From positions 6,197 through 70,196 of the forward strand of contig JBBTBZ010000013.1 in NCBI GenBank assembly GCA_038043425.1: DNA of 64,000 nucleotides, given 5' to 3'. A program made the position numbers and the translations under genes. Positions 28,218-38,551 of this stretch are shown piece by piece; the stretch's first letter is position 1, and every line of letters starts with the position of its first letter. This DNA comes from Bacteroidota bacterium. Its GTDB lineage: Bacteria; Bacteroidota; Bacteroidia; Cytophagales; Cyclobacteriaceae. A model generated the notes under the pieces. That model was given only the letters and a program-made list of their open reading frames with translations, was not told where the DNA came from and did no database searches.

Positions 28218-28321
28218 GAGTTCTTTTTACCGGGGATCAAAAATATGATGTCGATCGTTATGTATTGAGACTTTTATTCGAATATTTTGTAATGCCGTTA
28301 CTCCGGCTGAATGCTCTAACG

Positions 28322-29578
28322 ATGCGGTTTATCATTTTGTTTTGTTTTATGGCCCTGGCGCATATATCTGCCGCCAACTACATTTTCATCCCCATGGATG
28401 AAAAACAATCCAATCACTTGAAAGCATATGGCTTGGCCTACTGGGTTTTGAAATCAGATAACGAAGTAGATTGGCTCCTGAACTACAGGGGAGGCAGTTT
28501 TATGTGTAAATATCATCCGAAGATTCAAAATGAACTTGTTGTAAGAGGGATCAGCTTCGAGGTCATTTCAGATGCTCAAGCGAATTCAATTATTACAGAG
28601 ATTGCGAGCCCGGCCGTTAATTACGACCTGATGAAGCTGGAGAAATATCCTCGTATTGCTGTGTATTCACCTAAAACCAAGCAGCCTTGGGATGATGCTG
28701 TGACGCTGGTACTTACGTATGCAGAAATACCGTATGATGTGATATTTGATGAGGAGGTCTTAAAGGGAAATTTACCAAAGTACGACTGGCTTCACCTTCA
28801 CCACGAAGATTTTACAGGCCAGTATGGAAAGTTCTTTGGCAACTATGCCAACATGCCCTGGTACATTGAGCAGCAAAAAGAGTCTGAAGAAACGGCCCGC
28901 AACAATGGGTTTCATAAAGTCTCGCAAATGAAATTAGCTGTGGCGAAAAGCATAAAAGAATTTGTTGCCGGTGGGGGCTTTTTATTTGCCATGTGTTCCG
29001 CCACTGATTCATATGATATTGCCCTGGCAGCAGAAGGCATTGATATATGCGAACGCATGTATGATGGTGATGCCGCTGACCCGCAAGCCCAGGAAAAATT
29101 AAACTTTGAAAATACATTTGCCTTTACCGATTTTAGACTCGTACGCGATCCGTACCAATATGAATTTTCGGATATCGACAATCAGCCCACACAACGTGGC
29201 CTTCGCCAGGACAACGATTATTTTTCTGTGTTCGAATTCTCAGCAAAATGGGATCCCATCCCTTCGATGCTGACGCAAAACCACACCCGCGTGATCAAAG
29301 GATTCTATGGCCAAACAACAGGTTTTAAAAAGCACCTGATAAAATCAGATGTTACGATCATGGGAGAGAATAAAGAGATAAGTGAAGCAAAATATTTGCA
29401 CGGTATTTTTGGAAAAGGATTTTGGACATTCTATGGCGGTCACGACCCTGAAGACTATCAGCATCAGGTAGGTGAAGAGCCAACCGATCTCAATCTTCAT
29501 CCCAACTCAGCCGGGTATAGATTGATTTTGAACAATATTCTTTTCCCCGCAGCAAAGAAAAAGAAACAGAAAACTTGA
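28322..29578 (+). CDS. Conserved secreted hypothetical protein
   Basis: ATG 28322 gives a signal-like MRFIILFCFMALAHISAANY. A possible nucleophile-elbow-like GGGFLFAMCSATD is present. No confident family call. Confidence 0.45.
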   Translation: MRFIILFCFMALAHISAANYIFIPMDEKQSNHLKAYGLAYWVLKSDNEVDWLLNYRGGSFMCKYHPKIQNELVVRGISFEVISDAQANSIITEIASPAVNYDLMKLEKYPRIAVYSPKTKQPWDDAVTLVLTYAEIPYDVIFDEEVLKGNLPKYDWLHLHHEDFTGQYGKFFGNYANMPWYIEQQKESEETARNNGFHKVSQMKLAVAKSIKEFVAGGGFLFAMCSATDSYDIALAAEGIDICERMYDGDAADPQAQEKLNFENTFAFTDFRLVRDPYQYEFSDIDNQPTQRGLRQDNDYFSVFEFSAKWDPIPSMLTQNHTRVIKGFYGQTTGFKKHLIKSDVTIMGENKEISEAKYLHGIFGKGFWTFYGGHDPEDYQHQVGEEPTDLNLHPNSAGYRLILNNILFPAAKKKKQKT

Positions 29579-29590
29579 TTTGGAGTAAGC

Positions 29591-29629
29591 CCCAATGTCT
29601 CAATTGTATTGGTTGGTAAATTGGGTTTT
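29591..29629 (+). terminator. Possible terminator hairpin
   Basis: CCCAAT ... ATTGGG outer stem with nested CAAT/ATTG, followed by TTTT. The loop is long, so this is weak. Confidence 0.3.
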
Positions 29630-29644
29630 ATGTATCTTTGATTT

Positions 29645-30178
29645 ATGAAAGCTGACCAGATCATTCCGCGTTATACTTACAAAGATTACTCCGCCTGGGA
29701 AGGCGACTGGGAGCTTATCAATGGCTACCCCTACGCGATGAGTCCATCAGCCAGGATGAAGCATCAATTGACGGGCAAAAAAATCGTGAGGAATATAGAC
29801 GACTCTTTCCTTCGCAACAAAACGTGCGGATGTCAGGCTGTATATGAATTGGATTGGATAATTGACGACTCAACCGTAGTGAGACCGGACATCATGGTTA
29901 TCTGCGGGCCGCTGGATGGTGATTTTCTGCGCTACCCACCAACCTTGATCGTTGAAATACTATCAGAAACGACCCGCTTTAAAGACCGGCATACCAAATT
30001 CGATTTATACCAACAGCAAGGTGTTAAATATTATCTGCTTGCAGATACTACTAAAGAAACTCTGGAAATATTTGAATTAAAAGATAACCAATACCGCTCC
30101 AACGATTCATTAAAAATTTTTGACTTTCATGGAAAATGCCAGGTAGAGATTGGGTTGGATTCAATATTTGTTACTTGA
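29645..30178 (+). CDS. Uma2 (DUF820) family endonuclease-like protein, second copy
   Basis: VVRPDIMVI...PPTLIVEILSETT...KFDLYQQQGVKYYLLAD; same motif layout as 12215-12745. Confidence 0.75.
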   Translation: MKADQIIPRYTYKDYSAWEGDWELINGYPYAMSPSARMKHQLTGKKIVRNIDDSFLRNKTCGCQAVYELDWIIDDSTVVRPDIMVICGPLDGDFLRYPPTLIVEILSETTRFKDRHTKFDLYQQQGVKYYLLADTTKETLEIFELKDNQYRSNDSLKIFDFHGKCQVEIGLDSIFVT

Positions 30179-30374
30179 TGTCTCTTTAACAATTACTTCC
30201 CAAAACTAAACCACGTTTTGTCCCAGTTCACACCTCTCTGATATGATTGGCATGAAATCAGAAAACAGTATTGATTTGCTGCGATATAGATATGCACAAA
30301 GGTGGTTGTATTGTTACGGCTCAAGAATTTTCGCTTCTGTATTTCGCAATGCCCAAGCCCCAATGCCCTTTGCT

Positions 30375-30968
30375 TTAGTGCATTCTATCTCCTCTTACTT
30401 CCAGGTGCTTGACAATCTCCGCCTCCGCTGCAAGTATTTCCCGCCAACGGACTTCCACCACAACTGGATCTATATAGTGTTTGGCCAAAGAGAGAAACGT
30501 TTTGTAATGGCCTGCTTCCGCCACCATCAATTCATAATAAAATTCACTTAGTCCTGGGTCAGCGATTTCTTTCCAGAGCAAGCGAAAGCGTTCACAACTT
30601 CGGGCTTCTATCAAAGCGTTGATCAGAAGTTTTTCAACTACTTGTTGCTCGCGGCTTCCACCTTGTTTAATGATCGTATTTAACTTCACTACATATTCAT
30701 CTTTGCGTTGTGGCCCCAATTTCATGCCTCGCTTTTTCAACTCGTTAAGTACGCGTTCAAAGTGCGACCATTCCTCCGCCACCACAACTGTGAGGACTTC
30801 CACCAGTTTTTCCTTCTCCGGGTATTGAACGATGATGGAAATGCCAGAGGAAGCAGCCTTCTGTTCACAGTAAGCATGGTCAACCAATATCTCCTCAATA
30901 TTTTTCTGGGCGATATTTACCCATCGCGGATCAGTAGGTAACTCCAGACCTAATACATGCTTTTCCAT
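30375..30968 (-). CDS. miaE: tRNA-(ms2io6A)-hydroxylase
   Basis: Ferritin-like di-iron motifs DHAYCEQKAA and EEWSHFE; about 197 aa from ATG 30968, directly after the upstream stop. Confidence 0.85.
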   Translation of the reverse strand: MEKHVLGLELPTDPRWVNIAQKNIEEILVDHAYCEQKAASSGISIIVQYPEKEKLVEVLTVVVAEEWSHFERVLNELKKRGMKLGPQRKDEYVVKLNTIIKQGGSREQQVVEKLLINALIEARSCERFRLLWKEIADPGLSEFYYELMVAEAGHYKTFLSLAKHYIDPVVVEVRWREILAAEAEIVKHLEVRGDRMH

Positions 30969-30969
30969 T

Positions 30970-32895
30970 TTAATCGAACAACAAAAGTTCAAAACCAAAA
31001 TCAAGTACGTTGCCCTGGCCAGGATAATCCGGAGTGGGCAAGTGCCCCGACTTCGTAATCATCTGGACAAAATTATGATACTTCACGAAAAATTTCCCAG
31101 TCTTTATTTTCCCGTTTAGAAAAATATCAACCAGCGGAAAAGCCGGTGATATCACCTTATTCTGAACGTAAAATTGCTGGATGGCGGGATCATAGCCCAA
31201 GGCAGCGTATGCCGAATGCCAATGGGCATCTATTCCCGTTTGGACTTGAATATTATTTTTGAACAGTAAGCCTTCAAACACCAACTGGCTGTTAACAAAC
31301 AGCTCTGGCACTTGCAAAGCATTATCATCATTCCGGATGAGTTGCGAATAAATTACCTGAGGGCGGAAATGAAAACCTCTGAAAAATGTAAAATCCATTC
31401 GAAGTTCAGGGGAAAACAATGTCTGAATGCCAGCAGACTGCACCGGCAACACCCGTTGGTCAATGGTGGGGAATCCGTTTATTTCAGAATAATAAATGTA
31501 GTTCTGATACGCAGTGTAGGTAAATCCTGGCGAGACAAACAATGGGCCAAGATTAGCTTTTAAGAATGCAAAAGCCTGGTCGACTTGTACATTCGAGAAA
31601 TTATTATTCCAGTAGTCAAAACTTCCGCGATAGGCATTCTGAACAAAACCTGGTTTGGCCAAAATTCGTTTAGCCGATGCATCCACCCACTTCGTATTCA
31701 AGTCACCTTTAACCCGGTAGTTCCCATCCAATAAGTATTCAACCCACCCGCCTGCTGAATTTAGTGAATCAAATGAATACATAATCTTAGCGCCTGCATA
31801 TTCTTCTTTTGCTTCAGGATCAAGGGCAAGAGAATCAGGGCTAAGATATTTGTAGCTGAATTGATACGACCTTATCTTATAGTAAAAATTATAAAAGAGA
31901 CCTTTCGCATTTCCTTTAATACCAAATTCATTTTGCAAATAGGCAAACTTGACACTGTCCTTTGTTTGGATCGAGTCTTTGCCTAATTTCTTTTCATAGT
32001 GATCATAATAATCTGGTTCCTGAGACAAGTCATCCCTGTACAGATTATACTGTTTTCCCCAGTCACCTTTATGATAAATTTGCAAACCTTTGCCAACTTT
32101 TAATTGATGGAAGTAATGAAAATTATTTCGTTGCTCCACACTGGTGGCGTATGATAACTTTGGTTTGATATTTTTTAGAAATAAGGAAGCATATGTTGAA
32201 TCCGGTGGCTTGGTAACATTAACCCCACCATTCTCATTGACGGTATGCCGAATGCGTCTGTAATTAGCCAGAACTGAATACCTATCATTTTCCGTTCGAT
32301 AGGCCATATAGGTGTCAACATAATGACTTACTGTTTGCCGGTCACCTTTTCCCTTGCGTTGAACTTGCTTGTCAACCAACAGCGGACGATAATTAAATCC
32401 AAAGTTCCAACGTGGATTTATATTGCGACTAAACTCAACGCGCGTTGCAGCCCTGCCTTTCCCACCCCAAACAACATACATTCGTGTATACGGTGACTTG
32501 GTATCAAAATATTTTAACTCCTCACTCTTGTAGTAGGGTTCATAGACAGTGTATCCTGTCGATACACCACTGGAAGAAGGAAGTACTGGGAAAATCGAGC
32601 TTAGGGCGGTACCAACAAAACCTAAATCTTTATAGAAGTTATTGAAGCGTTGAACATACGTCCATCGATGATAATTGGCGATCGATGTGTCGATGGGCTG
32701 GTAATTGTTCTTGTTTTCAAAAAGATCTTTTTCAGTAATCCATTTGGAAGTCTTTGGACCGTAAATATTTTTGGTTGAGTCGTCAATTATTTTAGAGCCA
32801 ATACGACTTTTGCCTTCCGTATTCTGGGAAAACCCTTGCATCAACGGCAAGACAATCATTAAAATGGTTAGAAAATTTTTCAAAAACACCTGCAA
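30970..32895 (-). CDS. Large outer-membrane beta-barrel protein (putative-porin-like)
   Basis: Signal-like N-terminus ...ILMIVLPLMQGFSQ and a Tyr/Phe/Asn-rich alternating pattern ending ...FGFELLLFD. TTG start, so the start is uncertain. Confidence 0.55.
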   Translation of the reverse strand: MQVFLKNFLTILMIVLPLMQGFSQNTEGKSRIGSKIIDDSTKNIYGPKTSKWITEKDLFENKNNYQPIDTSIANYHRWTYVQRFNNFYKDLGFVGTALSSIFPVLPSSSGVSTGYTVYEPYYKSEELKYFDTKSPYTRMYVVWGGKGRAATRVEFSRNINPRWNFGFNYRPLLVDKQVQRKGKGDRQTVSHYVDTYMAYRTENDRYSVLANYRRIRHTVNENGGVNVTKPPDSTYASLFLKNIKPKLSYATSVEQRNNFHYFHQLKVGKGLQIYHKGDWGKQYNLYRDDLSQEPDYYDHYEKKLGKDSIQTKDSVKFAYLQNEFGIKGNAKGLFYNFYYKIRSYQFSYKYLSPDSLALDPEAKEEYAGAKIMYSFDSLNSAGGWVEYLLDGNYRVKGDLNTKWVDASAKRILAKPGFVQNAYRGSFDYWNNNFSNVQVDQAFAFLKANLGPLFVSPGFTYTAYQNYIYYSEINGFPTIDQRVLPVQSAGIQTLFSPELRMDFTFFRGFHFRPQVIYSQLIRNDDNALQVPELFVNSQLVFEGLLFKNNIQVQTGIDAHWHSAYAALGYDPAIQQFYVQNKVISPAFPLVDIFLNGKIKTGKFFVKYHNFVQMITKSGHLPTPDYPGQGNVLDFGFELLLFD

Positions 32896-32937
32896 AGATA
32901 ATTAAAGAGCCTACTCGACAAGAAAAGGTGAACGATC

Positions 32938-33975
32938 CTACACTTTTATTGCCTGAGTCACCAGTTTATCAAATTCTGAACCATCTTTTAAGAATACGGT
33001 TTCAATAGGCAGGTGGAACCATGGCATTTCTTTAATTATTTCTACTAATTCCGGATCGACTAACCTAACCATATCTTTTTCAGTAGTCAAAATGGAAACG
33101 GGCTTCCCTAAACCCAACAGAAACTTTCTGATATTTAACAGTTGATCTTTATGGTATTGATGATGGTCTTTATAGCAAAAGTGTTTCATCACGTTATATT
33201 TTGTTTGCGCATAGGCTTCAAAAGTAATATGATTGGAAATTCCCGAAACTAGAATTACATCTTTTGACAGCAGACGGGATGTTCCAAAAAAAGAAACGGG
33301 AATGCCATATTCAATCGAAGTGAAGAAAATAGGCTTATTCCCTGCTATCCTGCTAATTGAATAAGTAATATCATTCATCTCAGAATCTGAAATTTTTGAA
33401 TCGCATTTTGTTACAATAATGACATCAGCCCGTGTGGAACCAATTCTAGCCTCTCTTAATTTACCAAATGGCATAACATAATCCTTATAAAATGGGGATG
33501 CATATTCTGTTAACAGGATATTGAGCTTGGGATTAACAGAACGATGTTGAAAAGAATCATCCATTAAAATTAGATCGGTTTGCGGAAGCTCGTATAAGAT
33601 ATTAGGTATCGCGAATGCCCTGTCTTCGCAGACAACCACATTAACTTTTCCCTTAAATGACTTAAAAAATTGCAATGGCTCGTCTCCTATTGTCAGGGCC
33701 GAATCATTGTCTCTGGCGAAGCGTAACCCTTTTGTTAAACGGCCATAACCGCGACTTAAGACAGTTATATGGTTTCCTGATATGAGCAGCCTGACTAAAT
33801 ACTCTATCATAGGAGTCTTGCCTGACCCACCCACGTTGAGGTTTCCTACCCCAATTACCGGAATTTCAAATTGAAAAGAACGCGTATAGCCTATGTTGTA
33901 GAGATGATTGCGAAATCGAGTGACCCCATCATAGAGGAGAGTAAATGGGAAAAGGAGTATCCTTAATAATAACAT
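32938..33975 (-). CDS. lpxK: Tetraacyldisaccharide 4'-kinase
   Basis: P-loop GNLNVGGSGKTP and DDSFQH motif; 345 aa. Confidence 0.9.
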   Translation of the reverse strand: MLLLRILLFPFTLLYDGVTRFRNHLYNIGYTRSFQFEIPVIGVGNLNVGGSGKTPMIEYLVRLLISGNHITVLSRGYGRLTKGLRFARDNDSALTIGDEPLQFFKSFKGKVNVVVCEDRAFAIPNILYELPQTDLILMDDSFQHRSVNPKLNILLTEYASPFYKDYVMPFGKLREARIGSTRADVIIVTKCDSKISDSEMNDITYSISRIAGNKPIFFTSIEYGIPVSFFGTSRLLSKDVILVSGISNHITFEAYAQTKYNVMKHFCYKDHHQYHKDQLLNIRKFLLGLGKPVSILTTEKDMVRLVDPELVEIIKEMPWFHLPIETVFLKDGSEFDKLVTQAIKV

Positions 33976-34000
33976 ACAGTAGCAGGCGTAATTCTTTATG

Positions 34001-34008
34001 TATTTTTG
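34001..34008 (+). promoter_or_regulatory. Candidate -7 box (TATTTTTG)
   Basis: Matches TAnnTTTG, 25 nt upstream of ATG 34033. Confidence 0.3.
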
Positions 34009-34032
34009 GTTAAAACTAAGGAATCAATTGAA

Positions 34033-35130
34033 ATGACAAAGATAAAAGATGTGATAGCCCATTTGGAATCGTTCGCACCCAGAACATTTCAGGAAAGCTA
34101 TGACAATAGTGGTTTACTTACAGGAGATCCGAATGCAGACGTTCACGGAGTATTGGTAACTTTAGATTGTACGGAAGCCGTGGTAGACGAGGCCTTGAAT
34201 TTAAAGTGCAATCTCATTGTGGCCCATCATCCCATTATCTTCGAAGGATTAAAAAAACTTATTGGACAGAACTATGTTGAGCGCACTGTGATTAAGGCAA
34301 TTAAAAACGATATCGGCATTTATGCGATTCACACAAACCTGGATAATGTTCACCTTGGTGTGAATAAAAAAATCAGTGAGTTGATCGGGTTGAGAAGCCT
34401 CTCCGTGCTGGCCCCCAGGAAAGATACGCTAATGAAACTCGTTACCTTTGTTCCCAAGGAGAAAGAAGAGGTTGTCATTCAGGCCCTGCACCAATCCGGA
34501 GCAGGAAATATCGGCCAATACAAAAATTGTAGTTTTAGGGTAAACGGTACAGGAACCTTCACTCCAACAGAAGGTTCAACACCTCACATTGGTAAATTAA
34601 ATGAACTAGAGAAGGTGGAAGAAGTAAGGATCGAACTGATCTTTCCCATCTTTCTTGAGTCACAAATAATGAATACCCTTCGTCAGGTGCATCCCTATGA
34701 AGAGGTTGCCCACTATCTCACACGATTGGAAAATGAAAACCAGGATGTAGGGGCTGGCATGATAGGCGAACTTGAGGGCCCCATGGATCCATTGGCCTTT
34801 ATTGAGCATTTGAAAATAAACATGAGAACCTCCTGCGTTCGATACACGCAACCCCATAAAAAGATGGTTCGGAAAATAGCAATATGCGGTGGTTCGGGCA
34901 GCTTTCTATTGTCTCGGGCCATGGCGAAAGAAGCCGATGTTTACGTTTCAGCAGATTTTAAATATCATGAATTCTTTGAAGCAGACGGAAAAATCATGAT
35001 TGCCGATATTGGCCACTATGAAAGCGAGCAGTTTACGAAAGAACTTCTTGTCAAGGTTATTAGGGAAAAATTCGATACTTTTGCGATCATTTTTTCAAAA
35101 ATTATTACAAATCCAATCAGTTATTTATAA
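34033..35130 (+). CDS. Nif3-like dinuclear metal centre protein (GTP cyclohydrolase 1 type 2 family)
   Basis: NSGLLTG, VAHHPIIF and IYAIHTNLD motifs, plus an inserted PII-like domain and a C-terminal GHYESE. Confidence 0.85.
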   Translation: MTKIKDVIAHLESFAPRTFQESYDNSGLLTGDPNADVHGVLVTLDCTEAVVDEALNLKCNLIVAHHPIIFEGLKKLIGQNYVERTVIKAIKNDIGIYAIHTNLDNVHLGVNKKISELIGLRSLSVLAPRKDTLMKLVTFVPKEKEEVVIQALHQSGAGNIGQYKNCSFRVNGTGTFTPTEGSTPHIGKLNELEKVEEVRIELIFPIFLESQIMNTLRQVHPYEEVAHYLTRLENENQDVGAGMIGELEGPMDPLAFIEHLKINMRTSCVRYTQPHKKMVRKIAICGGSGSFLLSRAMAKEADVYVSADFKYHEFFEADGKIMIADIGHYESEQFTKELLVKVIREKFDTFAIIFSKIITNPISYL

Positions 35131-35133
35131 GTA

Positions 35134-35922
35134 ATGGAAAATCAGACAGTTGCGCAGAAACTTGAGGCTCTTGTTAAATTACAATTTATCGATAGCAAGC
35201 TGGATCAGTTAAAGAAACTCAGAGGGGATCTTCCGGATGAAGTTCAAGACCTGGAGGACGAAATGGAGGGCTATAAAACCCGCTTAAGCCGCTTTGAAGA
35301 GGATCAAAAAGAGATTGAAGATATTATCAAAAAAAATAAAGAGGGCATAAAAGAAGCGGAAAAGCTGGTTAAGAAATACAATGAACAGCAGAAGAATGTA
35401 AAGAATAATCGTGAGTTTGATGCCATTACCAAAGAAGTTGAATTACAAGAATTAGAGGTTCAGATTTGTGACAAAAGAATAAAAGAGGCGAAAGATAAAG
35501 CCGAAGCAAAAAAAGTTGAGATCGCGAATATCGAAAAACTCATCAAGGACAGGATGGAAGACCTTGATAACAAGAAAAATGAGTTGAACGATATACTCGG
35601 TGAGAGCCAGGAAGAAGAACGGAAGTTAAATGTTGAACGCGAAAAGGCAGCTAAGAAAATTGAAGAGAAACTGTTAAAATACTATAATCGCCTGAGAGGA
35701 AGCCTCTCCAATGGTTTAGCTGTGGTACGTGTAGTAAGGGGAGCAGCGGAAGGATGTAACATCGTAATCCCTCCTCAAAAAATTGCCGAGATCCGTGAGA
35801 AAAAGAAAATAGTTATTGATGAACACTCTGGAAGAATTCTGGCTGACGTTGACATGGAGTCAATGGAAGATGAAGTAAAACCAAAGAAAGCAGCACCTGT
35901 TAAAAGAAAAAAAGTTGGCTAA
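35134..35922 (+). CDS. DUF164/zinc-ribbon-family coiled-coil protein (Nif3 partner), Zn ligands largely lost
   Basis: Long E/K-rich coiled coil, then a C-terminal ...GAAEGCNIVIPPQ...IDEHSGRIL that resembles the CxxC...CxxCGRIL ribbon. Confidence 0.6.
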   Translation: MENQTVAQKLEALVKLQFIDSKLDQLKKLRGDLPDEVQDLEDEMEGYKTRLSRFEEDQKEIEDIIKKNKEGIKEAEKLVKKYNEQQKNVKNNREFDAITKEVELQELEVQICDKRIKEAKDKAEAKKVEIANIEKLIKDRMEDLDNKKNELNDILGESQEEERKLNVEREKAAKKIEEKLLKYYNRLRGSLSNGLAVVRVVRGAAEGCNIVIPPQKIAEIREKKKIVIDEHSGRILADVDMESMEDEVKPKKAAPVKRKKVG

Positions 35923-37408
35923 CCAGCTTGCCTACGTCATACATAAAGCAGGCATTACCGCCTGCTTTTTTTTACTTTCCTTTTCATCGTTTAGCGGTGA
36001 CAAAATCTGGGTATTCGATCCTGATCTTCAAAAGGCATATCAGCTGATACTGAATTTGCAAACAGATCAAGCGTATTCGGAACTAAAGAAAATCAATTCA
36101 AAGTCAAATGAACTTCACAAGCTCTATGTTCTGAGCTTGTGCGAGACAGTTGATGTGCTAATCACCGAGGATGCCGGTAAGTTCGAAAAGATAGACGCCA
36201 ATTTCAAAGAGCGATTGCGATTTATTCAAAGCCTTCCTGTTAGTGCAGAAACTCTTTTTTTGGAGGCAGAGCTCAATCTTCAAAGGGGCTTCAACCTGAT
36301 AAATCTGAACCAAGAGCTTAGCGCTGTGTTTGCCATAAAAGCGGCTTATAACGCTGCCCAGGAGTGCCAAAAAAATTACCCGGACTTCATTCCAATAAAA
36401 AAAACCAGCGGTGTCATTCAGGTAATGGTAGGATCTGTGCCTGATAAATTTCATTGGTTCATGAGCCTGTTGGGTATGAAGGGCTCAGTTAAGGTAGGCC
36501 AGAAACAACTCGAAGAATTAAAAGCGTCTAACTCCTCTTTACATCTTGAGGCAACTATTTTATTCTTTACCATCAAAGGTTTTATTAATCAACAATTTGA
36601 AGAAGCTTCAAAAGGCATTGCTGACTGCCTCAAGAGTCAGCCAGATAATAGGTTGCTTCTCTTTCTTGGTGTTAACATGATGATGAAGAATTCACAAAGT
36701 GAAGAAGCGCTGACGTTAATTCATGCACTCGATAATCTGACGAGTGGGTTACCTGTATATTACATGGAATACCTCAGAGGAGAAATTCTTTTACAAAAAG
36801 GCGACTATACGCATGCTATACACGCCTATCAAAAGTTCATTCAAGGCTACAAGAGTCATAGCTTCAAGAAAGACGCTTATTATAAAATTTCGCTCTGCTA
36901 TGTTCTCCAAAATAAGCATGACCTCGCACGAACAAATTTTGACCTGGCAAAAAAAATGGGAAAAGAAGTCGCGGAACCTGACAAAGCAGCCGCAGCTCAG
37001 CTAAGAGAAGATAAATTTCCAAATACTAAAATTTTGAAAGTGCGGTTTTACACCGATGGTGGATATTACAAAGAAGCAAAGGAAGCCTTGCATGTCATCC
37101 TTCCACCTGATTTAGCGTTGTCCAAAGATCTAATTGAATACTATTATCGCAAAGCAAGATTGTCGCATAAGACAGGGGAATTACCTGCAGCCAAACTGTT
37201 TTATAATCAAACCATTGATATGACTGGAGAAAATCCCTGGTACTTCGCACCTAATTCAGCCTTGCAACTGGGCTATATAGCCCAATCACAAAAAGATTTT
37301 CCGTCTGCAAAAAAGTATTTTGAAAAGGCACTTAGCTACAAGCGCCATGAATATAAAAACAGTATTGACGGCAAAGCAAAATCAGCTCTTGACGCATTGG
37401 AGAATTAA
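35915..37408 (+). CDS. TPR-repeat protein with N-terminal hydrophobic leader
   Basis: Leader AGITACFFLLSFSSFSG and several TPR-like A/Y/L helical pairs. TTG start, no nearby ATG. Confidence 0.5.
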   Translation: MANQLAYVIHKAGITACFFLLSFSSFSGDKIWVFDPDLQKAYQLILNLQTDQAYSELKKINSKSNELHKLYVLSLCETVDVLITEDAGKFEKIDANFKERLRFIQSLPVSAETLFLEAELNLQRGFNLINLNQELSAVFAIKAAYNAAQECQKNYPDFIPIKKTSGVIQVMVGSVPDKFHWFMSLLGMKGSVKVGQKQLEELKASNSSLHLEATILFFTIKGFINQQFEEASKGIADCLKSQPDNRLLLFLGVNMMMKNSQSEEALTLIHALDNLTSGLPVYYMEYLRGEILLQKGDYTHAIHAYQKFIQGYKSHSFKKDAYYKISLCYVLQNKHDLARTNFDLAKKMGKEVAEPDKAAAAQLREDKFPNTKILKVRFYTDGGYYKEAKEALHVILPPDLALSKDLIEYYYRKARLSHKTGELPAAKLFYNQTIDMTGENPWYFAPNSALQLGYIAQSQKDFPSAKKYFEKALSYKRHEYKNSIDGKAKSALDALEN

Positions 37409-38049
37409 GTTGCTAGAGCCGGGGTTTCCTTCCCGACCAGTTCCAAATGACGGGTATCATTGTGCTTTTCTATTGAAAATATGGTTCCTGTAAAATACAA
37501 TTGATACAAGCACAAATTGGTATGTTCAAAGGTGTCCATGTTTTTCAAAGGATAGTTAAAAAGCTGACAGAGTAGAATCCGCATAGCTCTGCCATGCATG
37601 CAGATTAGGATTGTCTTTGCGTCACTTTTGATTATCGATTCAATGACTCCCTTCTGACGAGCTGCAACCTCCTCCGGGCTTTCACCTCCTTCTATTCGCA
37701 AACTGGTATGGCCTTCTTTCCATTGACTTAGTACCCAGTGATAATAAGCATCTTCATCTACTGTTATGATTTGTCCTTCTTTATTCCCCCAACTTATCTC
37801 GTTCAACCCGGGATTTGGCTCATGTAGAATCCCAAGATCTATGAACTCTTTAACAGACTCAATGCTTCTTTTCAGACTTGATGTATAGATTTTATCGAAA
37901 GGCAAATGACCATAGGTTTTAAAAAAGGCGTTTGCTTGTTCACGGCCATATTGGTTGATTGAAGAGTCAATCCCACTTCCCTGCACAATGCCCCGGAGGT
38001 TATAATCGGTCTGCCCGTGGCGGATCAGGTATATTTTTTTGCTGGTCAA
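37405..38049 (-). CDS. Histidine phosphatase (phosphoglycerate mutase) family protein
   Basis: IYLIRHGQTDYN catalytic RHG motif and a later CMHGRAMR motif; TTG start. Confidence 0.8.
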   Translation of the reverse strand: MTSKKIYLIRHGQTDYNLRGIVQGSGIDSSINQYGREQANAFFKTYGHLPFDKIYTSSLKRSIESVKEFIDLGILHEPNPGLNEISWGNKEGQIITVDEDAYYHWVLSQWKEGHTSLRIEGGESPEEVAARQKGVIESIIKSDAKTILICMHGRAMRILLCQLFNYPLKNMDTFEHTNLCLYQLYFTGTIFSIEKHNDTRHLELVGKETPALAT

Positions 38050-38115
38050 TTTCTTCTAATTTGGCTGCAAAAATACTGAAATAGTCCTTTTCTAATGGTT
38101 CCCCACTTTCATTCT

Positions 38116-38541
38116 ATGTCTTTTATTCAAAAGGGAATAACTATTGAACAACTCAACAAGTTGTCGGTTAACACATTAGCCGCCCATTTGGGAATTGAAT
38201 TTATTGAGATCGGTGACGATTTTATAACCGCAAAAATGCCTGTAGACCATCGAACTCACCAGCCTTTTGGCATGTTACATGGCGGTGCATCTGTAGCGTT
38301 GGCTGAAACATTAGGCAGTTTTGGCGCACATTGTTGCCTCGATAACAATATACAATATTGTGTTGGACTTGAAATCAATGCCAATCATATTAAGAGTATT
38401 AAGGAAGGCTTCGTAGTGGGCACAACAAAACCTATCCATCTTGGTAAAAGAACACAAGTGTGGGAAATAAGAATTACAAATGAGCAAGAAGAACTCATTT
38501 GCATAAGCAGGATAACCATGGCCGTGATTGACAAGCGATAA
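38116..38541 (+). CDS. Hotdog-fold thioesterase, PaaI/YdiI type (candidate 1,4-dihydroxy-2-naphthoyl-CoA hydrolase)
   Basis: GMLHGGASVALAETLGS motif; immediately upstream of menF-D-B-E. Confidence 0.7.
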   Translation: MSFIQKGITIEQLNKLSVNTLAAHLGIEFIEIGDDFITAKMPVDHRTHQPFGMLHGGASVALAETLGSFGAHCCLDNNIQYCVGLEINANHIKSIKEGFVVGTTKPIHLGKRTQVWEIRITNEQEELICISRITMAVIDKR

Positions 38542-38551
38542 GTCCCAAACC

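Noticed and set aside
30243-30551. 102-aa + strand ORF
   Set aside because: It is largely antisense to the well-supported miaE gene and has no motifs.
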